This document shows positions 13,203 through 26,670 of a DNA stretch of 64,000 bases, piece after piece. The translations under genes and the position numbers were made by a program. The notes beneath the pieces were generated by a model. The model did no database searches and was not told where the DNA came from. It was given only the letters and a program-made list of their open reading frames with translations. Within the stretch, counting starts at the first letter, position 1; every line of letters begins with the position of its first letter. Origin of the DNA: Macrostomum lignano (lineage: Eukaryota); the NCBI GenBank assembly GCA_002269645.1, contig NIVC01003734.1:1-64000 (forward strand), in the 5' to 3' direction.

Positions 13203-13811
13203 GTGGTGAAAACATCCAAGCCTCCTGAATGTGTGTCCAGAGGTCCTCAAAGACCCGTCGCTGGCCCACAATAGCCTACTGAAAGTCTTACGGCTCTGCA
13301 GAGTTGGCACTCGGCCACAAACGAGTAGTCATACTGGCCGTGATCATAGCAGCCATCCTGCACCATGTGGAACCGCACTCGATCCTCGGGATGGGAGCAC
13401 TTTGTTGCTGGGGGGCTTGGCTCAGCTGCGGCAGAGGCTTCACGCTGTTCTGGTACTGCCGGTACATGGTCAGTGAGAAAAGTGTAAAATTATTGGGAGA
13501 TCGGCAAGAATCAGCTCATGCACTGAGCCATTGAACGCACGGAGCTTTTTAGACCCCCCCCCATCTGCAGTGCTCACCCCAGAGACAGGCAGTGTACTCA
13601 GCGCTTCTCAAGGCCAGATAATGCACAATACTGTACATTGCTGGCTTTCGCACTCTGAGTTGGAACAGTAGAAGGGGTTGAAAGGAAAGCTCTTCTAGTA
13701 GCCATGGTAGCCACCTCCGACTCAGCGGCCCCTCCAAGCTCTCCACTTAGTTCTGTCTGAGTTAAGATAATCCATGCAGTGCTTCATTATTTAGTCATAG
13801 AGAATTAATAC

Positions 13812-14012
13812 ATGTATATGTTAATTGACAGCCAACTGAATTTTCGTAAGCATTGTGACAGAGAGAAAAAAACAGAAAAAATACTTTTGGTTTTGCTGTC
13901 ATCTGGCTGCCGAAGATGCATAAAAATACCCATCTGCATCTGGCTCACTTTCAAATCGCATGCGCGACACAACGACACCTCCAAACAGCTACAGAATGTC
14001 CATCAGGAATAG
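13812..14012 (+). mobile_element. Possible degraded non-LTR retrotransposon RT remnant
   Basis: IDSQLNFRKHC resembles the IDSxLxFxxH segment after the RT core of CR1/L2-type elements; weak. Confidence 0.25.
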
Positions 14013-15141
14013 ACACGAAGAAAATAATTGAACCATATGGCTTATAAATATAATGACGTGTTGGGGGGTTGTCGCTGACTATTGACTGGCTTGCTATTAA
14101 ACTTTGACTCACTTTGTGCGCTGCTTACCACGCCAAGCGTGCACCCCACCATGCGTACATTAATATGTACATAACGTACTTTCTACTCTAACTTTTAGCG
14201 ATAACTCAAATATAGTTTTATACCATTTCGTATTTAAATAACTGAATCTAGCTTTTCTTCATTGTGATTTTCTTACTCAGCAAATATATCAGTTCGCTGC
14301 ATTATCGTTCAAACTAAAATGAGTCTTGTCTGCGTCGCGTCATATAACTCTGGATATCAATTTTCATGTAGGCACGTGTACATGTGTAGAGCTACATGTA
14401 GTTACACAATCTGCTAATCAGGTTTAATCACAGATACTAGAACAACATACTAGAATAGTATGTTGTTCTAGTATCTGTGAGTTTAATCAAGATCTATGAG
14501 AAAATATTGCCTTCTCCGCTATTCAGCATGTAAAGTATGAAAATATTCGAAGAACGAAAATACACATGTACATGTCTGTAAATCCTGTACATGTCTGTTA
14601 AGTCTGATCCATTTCTAATTCATATCCTATGTATTCGGTAATTTAATAATATTACCATAATTTAGAAGATCTTCCAAAAACTTGACCAATTCTTTTAATG
14701 ATTTTCCGTACGTTGAAATCAGCGAAAAACGCTGTCTGACTTTGAATTAAAAGTAAATCTGTACTTATTATTATTACTCGAGTTTAGAAGCAACCAATAT
14801 TTATTTACCGCTTCTACGTAGTGCACACGGACTACAAATTTTATATTGTTAGATTCTAAAGACCTGCCAGTGAATATGCAGGAAACATTCTGATGTAGAT
14901 TTCCGATGTACGAGCTATTATGAGTCTCCGTTATAGCTGTCAACAACAGAACTCGGTAGGTCAGCGTCCAGGGAGAATTGATAATTGAATGCAAACACTC
15001 GGTGGGATGGTAGAAATTAAAGAAGAGTTCGGAATTCCTAGTACAAGTTATTCATATTCAATTTTCCATCCTACATATACTATTCCCAATTTTATAGTAC
15101 TTAATTTAATCAATTTCCCATGATTTTAGAAAGAAAACATT

Positions 15142-15372
15142 TAGTGGGGCAACCAGACATTCGATGAGGCAGGATCTCGGTGTAAGGACCAATGTATAGA
15201 TGTATAACCACTTTTACACTCTACAGTGGTCCTTGTTTCGGTGGTGGAAACCCTTAAATTAAAAGCGGGCTTGTACTCGTATTTTGGCGAAAATTCGCTT
15301 GCACTTTTTCCACGTCTCCAGCAAAAAGGAACGGAGTGATCCATCAAACCCTGCTCCCTGGTTGCACCACTG
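15142..15372. mobile_element. Short hAT-like MITE
   Basis: TIR TAGTGGGGCAACCAG / CAGTGGTGCAACCAG; flanks AAAACATT / GTAACATT (6/8). Confidence 0.5.
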
Positions 15373-16266
15373 GTAACATTCCAAATGAAATGCTAAACCA
15401 GCTCAGCTTGATAAGACTAATTAACACTGTAAACATTGTTCAATCGCCGTATGAACTTTTGAAATTTCATAGGAGGCCTGATTTCTAGAAAATATTAGTA
15501 AAAAGAATTAAGAAAAAAAGACTTTACACTTTTTAAATTATTTACAAATTCTAAATGGTATTTGTTTTATCTAATAAGCTAAAAGGGTTTATTTTAAACA
15601 ATCAATTATTTTCTCTTTAATTCATATAATTGTTAGTGGCAGAGTAGTTCACAATTGAATATGATCATGATTGGCTGGCTGTTGTGAGCATTGTTATGAT
15701 CCTAGCCACACCCCCATCCAATGATGATCACGCATTTGCTGTCCTGTTGCAAAGTTTATTTATAATAAACAAAAAGTTAGTATATAGGTCGAGTCAACGT
15801 TTGGTTGGGTCTTTATCTTGTAATAATATTTTTAGATACACTCGTACTTTAAAAAAATGATTTCGTTATCTTTAATTTAGCTATTTTTAAGATATACATT
15901 CCAGATATTTCCTTTTAATAATATATACACATGAATATTGACGTTGTATTTAATATTTTGTTGGCAGATGAAATGACTACATTGTATTTTTGTAGACAAG
16001 AGTAGCAGAGCAGATGAACTGGCAACAGACAAAATGACTGTCAACCTCTTTGGCCAGCTATAAAAATTAGTATTTGGGTTGTATCTATGGCTACGCTATA
16101 AAAATAACTGTTAGGCCTATCTTACCTAATGAAAATTATACCAAGGCCAAGAAGTGTCCTAGAGTCACTTGCATTGCTCTAGAGTCATTTCAGATGCATT
16201 TCAGATTACAGAGGTTAAATAGAAAAGAAATTATTTTAAATGAACTAAATGATAAGATATCATAAT

Positions 16267-16871
16267 GGCAGTGCTTATCCCCACAGTACCGTAGGAATAA
16301 TTTCTGTCTTATTCCAATGGTACCGTGGGAATAATTTTCTGCTTATCTGCACGGCACACTGACGAGATAGCTGCCCCATCTTCTACATATGCCGTGGGGA
16401 TAATTTTCTGCTTATCCGCACGGCACACTAACAAGATAGGGCGAATTGTTGAAGCAATGCAATAATCTATACAAACAAATAGCTAATTTACATGTCTAGT
16501 AGAAGTCTACAACAGAAGCGGCAATGCACTTTTCGGTATGATCTCCGAATTATACTTTGCTAAAAATTCAAATTATAAACAATTACTAAAGCAATTTACC
16601 TTAAATCTATGTCATAAATACAAAAAAGTGTTTTTGCATAAAAAGGCAATTAAATCTTTACTTCTATAAAACTAATGGCCAAGCAAAGTTATGTTGTTAT
16701 ACTGCACTTAAACCGTAAGTACTAAATTATTCCCACCGTCCCACGGCATATGTAGAAGATAGGGCAGCTATCTCGTCAGTGTGCCGTGCGGATAAGCAGA
16801 AAATTATCCCCATGGTACCGTTGGAATAAGACAGAAATTATTCCTACGGTACCATGGGAATAAGCACTGCC
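16267..16871. mobile_element. Mutator (MULE)-like non-autonomous element
   Basis: ~130-bp TIRs starting GGCAGTGCTTAT; perfect 9-bp TSD TATCATAAT (16258-16266, 16872-16880). Confidence 0.85.
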
Positions 16872-17050
16872 TATCATAATACAACATTACAAGTTCCTTA
16901 AAAGTCATCATATCATAAAGTTACCCTAGAATTACTTTAAAGCATTTTATTGTTTGCAACTCTAAAACACTTCTTGGGCAACTCTAGTGACTCTAGGGCA
17001 ATGGTATAATGATTCTAGGGCTATAAGGCAATATTTGAGGCATTCCAGAG

Positions 17051-17838
17051 TAGTGATGGACCAAATGTAGATTTTTGCAAGTTTCCAAAACCGAATCCAA
17101 ATCTAGATATCTAAATGTATTTCCAAATATAGACAAAAGTTAAAGGTAAATGGTGGGAATAACTATGAGTATGACTATGAGACCTTTTAGTTATAAAAAT
17201 GTCTCATCATCTAATTAATAATTGTATTAGTGCTATATATTAATTTACTAACAAGATTCAATCTATCTTGAGCTTATACTATATCTATCTAGTATCTAAA
17301 TTGAATTGAACTTAGAATTATACTTAATTATTATATATCTAATCTAACTAATTCCAATTACTAATACTAACTAATATTACATTTGTGCAATTTGATAACT
17401 TTATTGTGTATAGTGCATATAAAGTCCATTGCATTTGCACTTTGAAAAAAGTAATGATTATACTTAAAACAATGATTACCTAAAAATGTTTCTGCAACTT
17501 TAGGTTGAATGCCTCAAAGGTCCTAAAGTTAAGTAAATTTACTTAATAACACTTAAAAAAATATGCACATTACTACAAAAACAGAAAATTGTAAAGACAA
17601 ACAATATGACCTTAACTTTTGTGTTCTCATTTTTTAAATTTATTTTCTTTTTTTCAAAAGTTGTATTTCTTTTATGTTTGCTTAATTTTGTTTTGGTTTA
17701 TTGATTTTTTCCATATTTGAGAGCACATTTGGAAATATTTGGAAAAAATATTTTCAAATCCAAAACATTTATATTTCTAAAAAATTGAGACATTTTTTGG
17801 ATTTAGATTACAAATCCAAATATTTAGATCCATCACTA
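17051..17838. mobile_element. hAT-like non-autonomous element
   Basis: TIR TAGTGATGGA...TCCATCACTA; 8-bp TSD TTCCAGAG / TTCCAAAG (7/8). Confidence 0.75.
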
Positions 17839-19189
17839 TTCCAAAGTCATATTAGAATTACTGAGTTGTATTTGATCTTTGAAACACATTTGCATTGCTT
17901 AATGAATTAGAATTATTAAGCAAGTAAAAATGCTTCTAGCATTTTAGTAGCATTCTGCAGTTGCTAAAAAGTTGCAAAAGAAGCACTTTAGCATCCCTAT
18001 AGAATTATTATTGCATCACTTTTTAGGCATTCTGGATGTATTACAGAGTTGTGACTACTAGTATTAGCTTTAAATAAACTATTAGATCGTCATTTTTGGG
18101 CAAATAGAAAATGCACTACTTATCAACTCAAAAGTGATACACTAACAATTTTACAGTAATGCAAAAGTATCTCATTTGCAACTTTTGATATCTCTTTGTT
18201 TTAGAGTAAATTAAAATTGTTTCTTTCTTATTTAACCTATATCATCTGCAATAAGTCTAAAACAACTCTAGGGCAGTGCAAGTAATACTAGGATGCTTCT
18301 TGGCCTGGGTACCATTTTTATCAGGCAATAAACACTTATTTTTTTAGCCTATTGAACTTTAATTGCATTCTAACTAGCTTACTGAGTTAGTAAAAAGTTA
18401 AGCGCTAGCACAAAAATTCTTTGACAACTTTTTTGTGATTCTTTTACGATTCTAAACATTCTAAGCCCTAGACACTAGACAATTAAAGTTGTTTGCAACA
18501 ACTTTTTAACTACTTGTATCATAGTATCATTTTCAATAGGTTAAGTAAATGGATAATGCCAATGGTATATATTATTATTAAATATATATAAGCTTAGCAT
18601 TCAGTATATAGCACTTTCAATACTATATTTTAATTAATATAGAATATATTCAAAATTCAAAATATTAAATTTGAAACCAAATTTAAATCTGACTAAATTA
18701 TATAACATATAATACAATCAATATTAACTTTGGTAATAGCCATATTGATAACTGCCTTTTCAATAACAAAGATAACAGATTTTAGTTTTATAACTAATAT
18801 GTTAATTATTTTATTGCCAAGTACAAGTATAATTTAATTCTCTACTTAAATTATATTATAGAGTTTGACCAAGGTAAGATTTTTATTTTCAAGCAAGATT
18901 ATGTGAGAATTTTATTAAAAAATTGAGATTGAGAATAAGTTGATCAAGAATTAAAGATCCAGCTACAATTGTGAATTTGTATAGGAAGAATAGTACTTAT
19001 GATAAGAAATATATGAAATTTAGCCTATATTATTAGTAAGTAGACTAGCAATCTTTGCCCCCCGTTGGGGGACATCTGGATAGAATCTTTGCTCTCTACA
19101 GGTAACAAAAAGACAGCCAGATAAAGCCTTCTCAAAGACAACAGACAAACTGCTCAAATAAAGTGCAATGCAAAAAGAAATCATCCCAA

Positions 19190-19370
19190 GACAGCAAGCA
19201 TCCCCTAGATTGCAAGCATCCCCCAGATAGCAAGCATCCCCCAAATAGCAAGCATCCCCCAGATAGCAAGCATCCCCCAAATAGCAAGCATCCCCTAGAT
19301 AGCAAGCATCTCCCCTCCCAGATAGCAAGCATCCCCCAGATAGCAAGCATCCCCAAATAGTAAGCATCCA
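19190..19370. repeat. 18-bp tandem repeat (AGATAGCAAGCATCCCCC) inside Helitron Y
   Basis: Direct observation; also at ~21310-21630 and in reverse at ~26235-26530. Confidence 0.9.
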
Positions 19371-19469
19371 CTAGACAATAAGTAGCTAGTGCAACAATTT
19401 CCTTAGCTCTATAGTGGATCCTTTAAAATTGGCATGACGCTTACTTTTACGTTTGAAATTGATCTTTTA

Positions 19470-20460
19470 TGTTTGACATGGTGGCTCTTTTATGTTTGAC
19501 ATGGTGGTTCTTTTATGTTCTACATGGTGGCTCTTTTATGTTTGATTCATGGTTTTTTTAATGTCTGACATGGTGTCTCTTTAATGTTCGACATGGTGGC
19601 TCTTTTATGCTTGACATGGTGGCTCTTAACTGTTTGACATGGAGTCACATATATGTTTGACATGGTGGCTCTTTATGTTTGACATGGTGGCTCTTATGTT
19701 TGACATGGTGGCTCTTTTATGTTTGACATGGTGGCTCTTTAATGTTTGACATGATGGCTTTTATGTTAGACATGGTGGCTGCTTAATTTTTGACATGGTG
19801 GCTCTTTAATGTTCTTCATGGTGGCTCTTTTATGTTTGACATGGAGTCAGGAATATACTTGACATGATGACTCATTAATGTTAGACATGGTGGCTCTTTA
19901 ATGTTTGACCTGGTGGCACCTTAATGTAATGATGGCTCTTTAATGTTTGATATGGTGGCTCTTTAATATTTGACATGGTGGCTTTTTAATGTTTGACATG
20001 GTGGCTCTATAATGTTAGACATGGTGGCTCTATAATGTTAGACATGATGGCTCTTTAATGTTCGACATGGTGGTCCTCTTATGCTTGACATGGTGGCTCT
20101 TTTATGTTCGACATGGTGGTTCTTTAATGTTCGACATGGTGCCTCTTTAATGTTTGACATGGTGGCCCTTTTATGTTTGACATGGTTACTCTTTTATGTT
20201 TGACATGATGGCTCTTTTATGTTTGACATGGAGTCACATATATGTTGGACATGGTGGTTCTTTAATGTTTGGCATGATGGCTATTTGATGTTTGACATAG
20301 AGTCACGAATATATTTGACATGGTGACTCGTTAATGTTTGACATGGTGGCTCTTTTATGTTTGACATGATGGCTCTTTAATGTTTGACATGAAGTCACAT
20401 TCATGTTGGACATGTTGGCTCTTTAATGTTCAACATGGTGGCTCTTTAATGTTTGACATT
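19470..20460. repeat. ~23-bp satellite (ATGTTTGACATGGTGGCTCTTTT) inside Helitron Y
   Basis: About 40 units; the reverse-complement array lies at ~24440-26150. Confidence 0.95.
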
Positions 20461-21659
20461 GTGCTTTTTTGTGTTTAGCATTTAGTGTTTTTAAGGTTTT
20501 TTAATAAAAAATCTTTTTGCACTACTAAGATTCGAACCCAGGTCACTGCATTAGCAGTCCAGTCTGTTTGCATCGAGGCTATCTCTTTTCAATTGGAGAA
20601 CATGATTTGTGGCCCTTATAATTCAATACTTACAGCAAGTTGGTTAGAGTAAAGAGTTATGACATAATCAATTTCTCAGTCAGCCTGTATCAGTCTCAAT
20701 TTAAGTTGTCAATATGGTTACGCAATTTCAATCAAGTCTTTTGCGCATTTCTTCGGCACTGTTTTCAACTTGTTGTGATGTAATTTTTATCACAATTGGA
20801 ATTCAGCCAGTCAGTTTTTTCTCTAGCATTCTTCCAATGCATTTCAAGTCGAAAATTTAGCTCGACCTTTGCAAAAAAGCATGTTTTTCGAATATTTAAT
20901 CCCTTTAACATTGAGCAATTTCTTAGCCAAGATGCATGTACCGTCCCAGGAAAATTTCTGATCGAATGGTGCAAGTTTGAAGAAAATCGGTTGAGCCATT
21001 TTTTCTAAAATCTATCGCATACCTACCTACCCACATATAGACAACTCATTTTTAGTATATAGGAAGCAATCTAGTGCGGCCCCCCTTCGGGGCGCCCAAT
21101 AAGAACGAAGCAAAAATAGTTTATGGAAATCAATGAAAAAGCACATTTTCTTAAAAACTAAGTCCTTCATCACTTTTAAAAATCACCTTATTCATTTAAA
21201 ATTGTCACGGACAATAAAATTTGCTATGAATCTCTTTTTTTCTAAAATTAATAAACAGACAAGAAAATATAGCTTTCACAAAGATCACAGTCATTACCCC
21301 TAAATAGAAAATATTCCCAAGACAGCAAGCATCCCCCCAGTAGCAAGCATCCGCCTCCAAAAGTAAGCAACCGCAGATAGAAAGCATCCCCTAATACTCC
21401 TAGCAAGCATCCACCCAGATAGCAAGCATCCCCTAATACTACTAGCAAATATCCACCCAGATAGCAAGCATCTGCAGATAGCAAGCATCTTGCAGATAGC
21501 AAGCATCCCCCAAATAGAAGCATCCCCTGGATAAAAGCATCTACCTAGATAGCAAGCATCCCCCAAATAATGTAGAAGCATCCTTCCAGATAGCAAGAAT
21601 CCCTAAATAGCAAGCATCCCTGGATAGAAATAATCCTATACATGTAGCCAAGCTTATCA

Positions 21660-23230
21660 AGCGCAGTAATCCTTGGCTATCGAGTGAAGTAATCCTTGGT
21701 TTATTAAGACCAATAATCCTTGGCTTATCGAGTGTAGTAATCCTTGGTTTATTAATAGCAATAATCCTTGACTTATCAAGTGCAGTAATGCTTGGTTTAT
21801 TAATAGCAATAATCCTTGGTTTTCCAAGTGCAGTAATCCTTGGTTTATTAATAGCAATAATCCTTGGCTTATCGAGTGCAGTAATCCTTGGTTTTCCAAG
21901 TGCAGTAATCCTTGCTTTATTAAGAGCAATAATCCTTGGCTTTTCGAGTGCAGTAATCCTTGGTTTATTAATAGCAATAATCCTTGGCTTATCGAGTGCA
22001 GTAATCCTTGGTTTATTAATAGCAATAATCCTTGAATAATCAAGTGCAGTAAATCTTGCTTTATTAATAGCAATAATCCTTGATTATTCAAGTGCATTAA
22101 CCCTTGGTTTATTAATAGCAATAATCCTTGATTAATCAAGTGCAATTATCTTTGGTTTATTAATAGCAATAATCCTTGGCTTATCGAGTGCAGTAATCCT
22201 TGGTTTATTAATAGCAATAATCCTTGATTAATCAAGTGCAGTAAATCTTGCTTTATTAATAGCAATAATCCTTGATTATTCAAGTGAATTAACCCTTGGT
22301 TTATTAATAGCAATAATCCTTGATTAATCAAGTGCAATTATCTTTGGTTTATTAATAGCAATAATCCTTGGCTTATCGAGTGCAGTAACCCTTGGTTTAT
22401 TAATAGCAATAATCCTTGATTAATCAAGTGCAGTAATCTTTGGTTTATTAATAGCAATAATCCTTGATTATTCAAGTGCAGTAATCCTTGGTTTATTAAT
22501 AGCAATAATCCTTGATTAATCAAGTGCATTAATCCTTGGTTTATTAATAGCAATAATCCTTGATTATTCAAGTGCATTAATCCTTGGTTTATTAATAGCA
22601 ATAATCCTTGGCTTATCGAATGCAGTAACCCTTGGTTTATTAATAGCAATAATCGTTGATTAATCAAGTGCAGTAATCCTTGCTTTATTAATAGCAATAA
22701 TCCTTAATTATTCAAGTGCATTAATCCTTGGTTTATTAATAGCAATAATCCTTGATTAATCAAGTGCATTAATCCTTTGGTTTATTAATAGCAATAATCT
22801 TTGGCATATCGAATGCAGTAATCCCTGGTTTATTAAGACCAATAATCCTTGGCTTATCGAGTGCAGTAATCTTTGGTTTATTAATAGCAATAATCCTTGG
22901 TTTATTAATAGCAATAATCCTTGATTAATCAAGTGCATTAATCCTTGGTTTATTAATAGCAATAATCCTTGGCTTATCAAGTGCAATAATCCTTGGTTTA
23001 TTAATACCAATAATCCTTGGCTTATCGAGTGCAATAATCCTTGGTTTATTAATAGCAATAATCCTTGGCTTGTCGAGTGCAGTAATCCTTGGTTTATTAA
23101 TACCAATAATCCTTGATTAATCAAGTGCATTAATCCTTGGTTTATTAATAGCAATAATCCTTGATTAATCAAGTGCATTAATCCTTGGTTTATTAATAGC
23201 AATAATCCTTGGCTTATCGAGTGCAGTAAT
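21660..23230. repeat. 24/48-bp dimeric satellite inside Helitron X
   Basis: Alternating 24-bp subunits GTAATCCTTGGTTTATTAATAGCA and ATAATCCTTGGCTTATCGAGTGCA. Confidence 0.95.
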
Positions 23231-23838
23231 CTAAGTGTTTTTATTTAGTCCTTTAATAAAAGCTTTTAATAAAAAATTTTACAGTACTACTTTTAAACTA
23301 CTTAGATTCGAACCCAGGTTGCTGCATTAGCAGTCTGGTCTGTTCAGCTCTAGGCTAGCTCTCATCGAAGTTATCAGTGAATTTGTACTACTTATATAAT
23401 TCAACACTCACACCAAAACAGGTAGAGTAAAAAGTCACACAAAGCAGTTATAACATAATCAATTTCTTAGGCAAGTCAGTACCAGTGTCTATGAAAGTTA
23501 ACAATATGGTTACGTATTGAATAATATAAATTGAGTACTGCACTATGCTTTCATACTCAAAGCTGTGACGCAATTCAATTGAGTGTCAAATTCAGCCAGT
23601 ACACAGACGATAAATAAAGTGTATTGTGATGCAATCTATTTTAGAATCAGAATTCAACCAGTCAGTTTTTCTGCTAGCATTCTTACAATTCATTTTAATG
23701 CTTGACCTTTGCAGAAAAGCATGTTTTTCGAATATTTAATCCCTTTAGCATCGAGCAATTTCTTAGCCACAATGCATGTACTGTTACGGAAAAATTTCTT
23801 ATCAAATGGTGCAAGTTCGAACAAAATTGGTTGAGCCA

Positions 23839-26670
23839 TCCTTCCTATATACTAAAAATGAGTTGTCTGTATCTATCTAGCTATGCGATAGATTTCAGAA
23901 AAATTGGCTCAACCAATTTTCTTCAAACTTGCACCATTCGATCAGAAATTTTCCTGGGACGGTACATGCATCTTGGCTAAGAAATTGCTCAATTTTAAAG
24001 GGATTAAATATTCGAAAAACATGCTTTTTTGCAAAGGTCAAGCAGCTCTTTCGACCTAAAATGCATTGTAAGAATGCTAGAGAAAAAACTGAATGACTGA
24101 ATTCCAATTGTGATAAAGATTACATCACAACCAGTTGAAAACAGTTCCGAACGAATGCACACAAAACTTGATTTAAATTGCGTAACAATATTGCTAACTT
24201 AAATTGACACTGATACTGGCTGACTGAAAAATTGATTATGTCATAACTTTTTACTCTAACCGATTTGCTATAAGAATTGAATTATAAGGGCCACAATTCA
24301 TGTTCTCCAATTGACAAGAGATAGCATAGATGCGAACAGACTGGACTGCTAATGCAGCGACCTGGGTTCGAATCTTAGTAGTGCAAAGATTTTTTTATTC
24401 AAAAACCTTAAAAACACAAAATGCTAAACACAAAAAAGCACAATTTCAAACATTAAAGAGCCACCATGGCGAACATATATGTGACTCCATGTCTAACATT
24501 AAAAAGCCACCATGTCAAATATTATAGAGCCACCATTTCAAACCTAAAAGAGCCACCATGTCGAAAATTAAAGAGCCACCATGTCAAACATTAAACAGCC
24601 ACCATGTCGAACATGCAAGAGCCACCTTGTCAAACATAAAAGACCCACCATATCAAACATAAAAGAGTTACCATGTCAAACATTAAAGAGCCACCATGTC
24701 AAACATTAAAGAGCCACCATGTAGAATATTAAAGAGCCACTAAGTCAAACATTAAAAAACCACCATGTCAAACATTAAAGAGCCACCATTTCAAACCTAA
24801 AAGAGCCACCTTATCAAACATTAAAGAGCCACCATGTCAAACACTAAAGAGCCACCATGTCAAACATAAAATAGCCACCATATCAAACATAAAAGAGTTC
24901 CCATGTCAAACATTAAAGAGCCACCATGTCAAACATGAAAGAGCCACCATTTCGAACATAAAACAGCCACCATGAAGAACATTAAAGAGCCACCATGTCA
25001 AACATTAAAAGAGCCACCATATCAAACATAAAAGAGTTCCCGTGTCAAACATTAAAGAGCCACCATGTCAAACATTAAAGAGCCACCATGTCGAACATTA
25101 AAAGAGCCACCATGTAGAATATTAAAGAGCCACCATGTCGAACATTAAGAAGCCACCATGTCCAACATTAAAGAGCCACCTTGTCAAATATTAAAAAGCC
25201 ACCATTTCAAACCTAAAAGAGCCACCATGTCGAACATACAAGAGCCACCTCATCAAACATTAAAGAGCCACCATGTCGAACATAAAAGAGCCACCATGCC
25301 AAACATAAAAGAGCCACCATGTCGAACATTAAAAAGCCACCATGCCAAAAATAAAAGAGCCGCCATGTCAAACGTAAAAGAGCCACCATGTCAAACATAA
25401 AAGAGCCACTATGTCGAACATAAAAGAGCCACAATGTCAAACATTAAAGAGCCACCATGTCGAACAATAAAGAGCCACCATGTCGAACATTAAAGAGCCA
25501 CCATGTCAAACATTAAAGAGCCACCATGTCGAACATTAAAGAGCCACCATGCCAAAAATAAAAGAGCCACCATGTCAAACATAAAAAAGCCACCATGTCG
25601 AACATTAAAGAGCCACCATGCCAAAAATAAAAGAGCCACCATGTCAAATGTAAAAGAGCCACCATGTCGAACATAAAAGAGCCACAATGTCAAACATTAA
25701 AGAGCCACCATGTCGAACAATAAAGAGCCACCATGTCGAACATTAAAGAGCCACCATGTCAAACATTAAAGAGCCACCATGTCGAACATTAAAGAGCCAC
25801 CATGCCAAAATTAAAAGAGCCACCATGTCAAACATAAAAGAGCCACCATGTCGAACATAAAAGAGCCACAATGTCAAACATTAAAGAGCCACCATGTCGA
25901 ACAATAAAGAGCCACCATGTCGAACATTAAAGAGCCACCATGTCAAACATTAAAGAGCCACCATGTCAAACACTAAAGAGCCACCATGTCAAACATTATA
26001 AAGAGCCACCATGTCGAACATTAAAGAGCCACCATGTCAAACATAAAAGAGCCACCATGTTGAACATAAAAGAGCCACCATGTCGAACATTAAAGAGCCA
26101 CCATGTCAAACGTAAAAGAGCCACTATGCCAAACATAAAAGATACACAATTTCAAATGTAAAAGTAAGCGTCATGCCAATTTTAAAGGAGCCACTATAGA
26201 GCTAAGGAAATTGTTGCACTAGCTACTTATTATCTGGTGGATGCTTACTATTTGGGGATGCTTGCTATCTGGGAGGGGGATGCTTCCTATCTGGGGGATG
26301 CTTGCTATTTGGGGGATGCTTGCTATCTGGGGGATGCTTGCTATCGGGGGGATGCTTGCTATCTGGGGGATGCTTGCTATCTGGGGGATGCTTGCTATTT
26401 GGGGGATGCTTGCTATTTGGGGGATGCTTGCTATCTCGGGGATGCTTGCTATCTGGGGGATGCTTGCTATCTGGGGGATGCTTGCTATCTGGGGGATGCT
26501 TGCAATCTGGGGGATGCTTGCTGTCTTGGGATGATTTCTTTTTGCATTACACTTTATTTGAGTAGTTTATCTGTTGTCTTTGTGAAGGCTTTATTTGGCT
26601 GTCTTTTTGTTACTTGTAGAGAACAGAGATTCTATCCAGATGTCCCCCAATGGGGGGCGAAGATTGCTAG
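23839..26670 (+). mobile_element. Non-autonomous Helitron copy Z, complete, inserted at A|T inside X
   Basis: Starts A|TCCTTCCTATATACTAAAAATG; ends hairpin TCCCCCAATGGGGGG, GAAGATTG-CTAG|T; no TSD; removing it restores GAGCCA|TTTTTGCTAAAATC, matching Y. Confidence 0.85.
24440..26150. repeat. ~23-bp satellite (AAAGAGCCACCATGTCAAACATT) inside Helitron Z
   Basis: About 70 units; reverse complement of the Y array. Confidence 0.95.

Larger units (their letters stand above)
12263..13467 (-). pseudogene. Paralog B of the 114-aa protein, with an apparent frameshift in exon 1
   Basis: Exon 1 13467-13292 (176 nt versus 174 in A; frame breaks around a 6-G run near 13410). Exon 2 12433-12263 intact (TFARGPSDNGG...KLPES*). 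Pseudogene or homopolymer assembly error. Confidence 0.65.
19045..21066 (-). mobile_element. Non-autonomous Helitron copy Y with internal satellites
   Basis: Minus-strand 5' end (CT)TCCTATATACTAAAAATG near 21064; 3' hairpin TCCCCCAACGGGGGG followed by AAAGATTG-CTAG|T at 19045; inverted homolog of 23839-26670. Confidence 0.8.
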
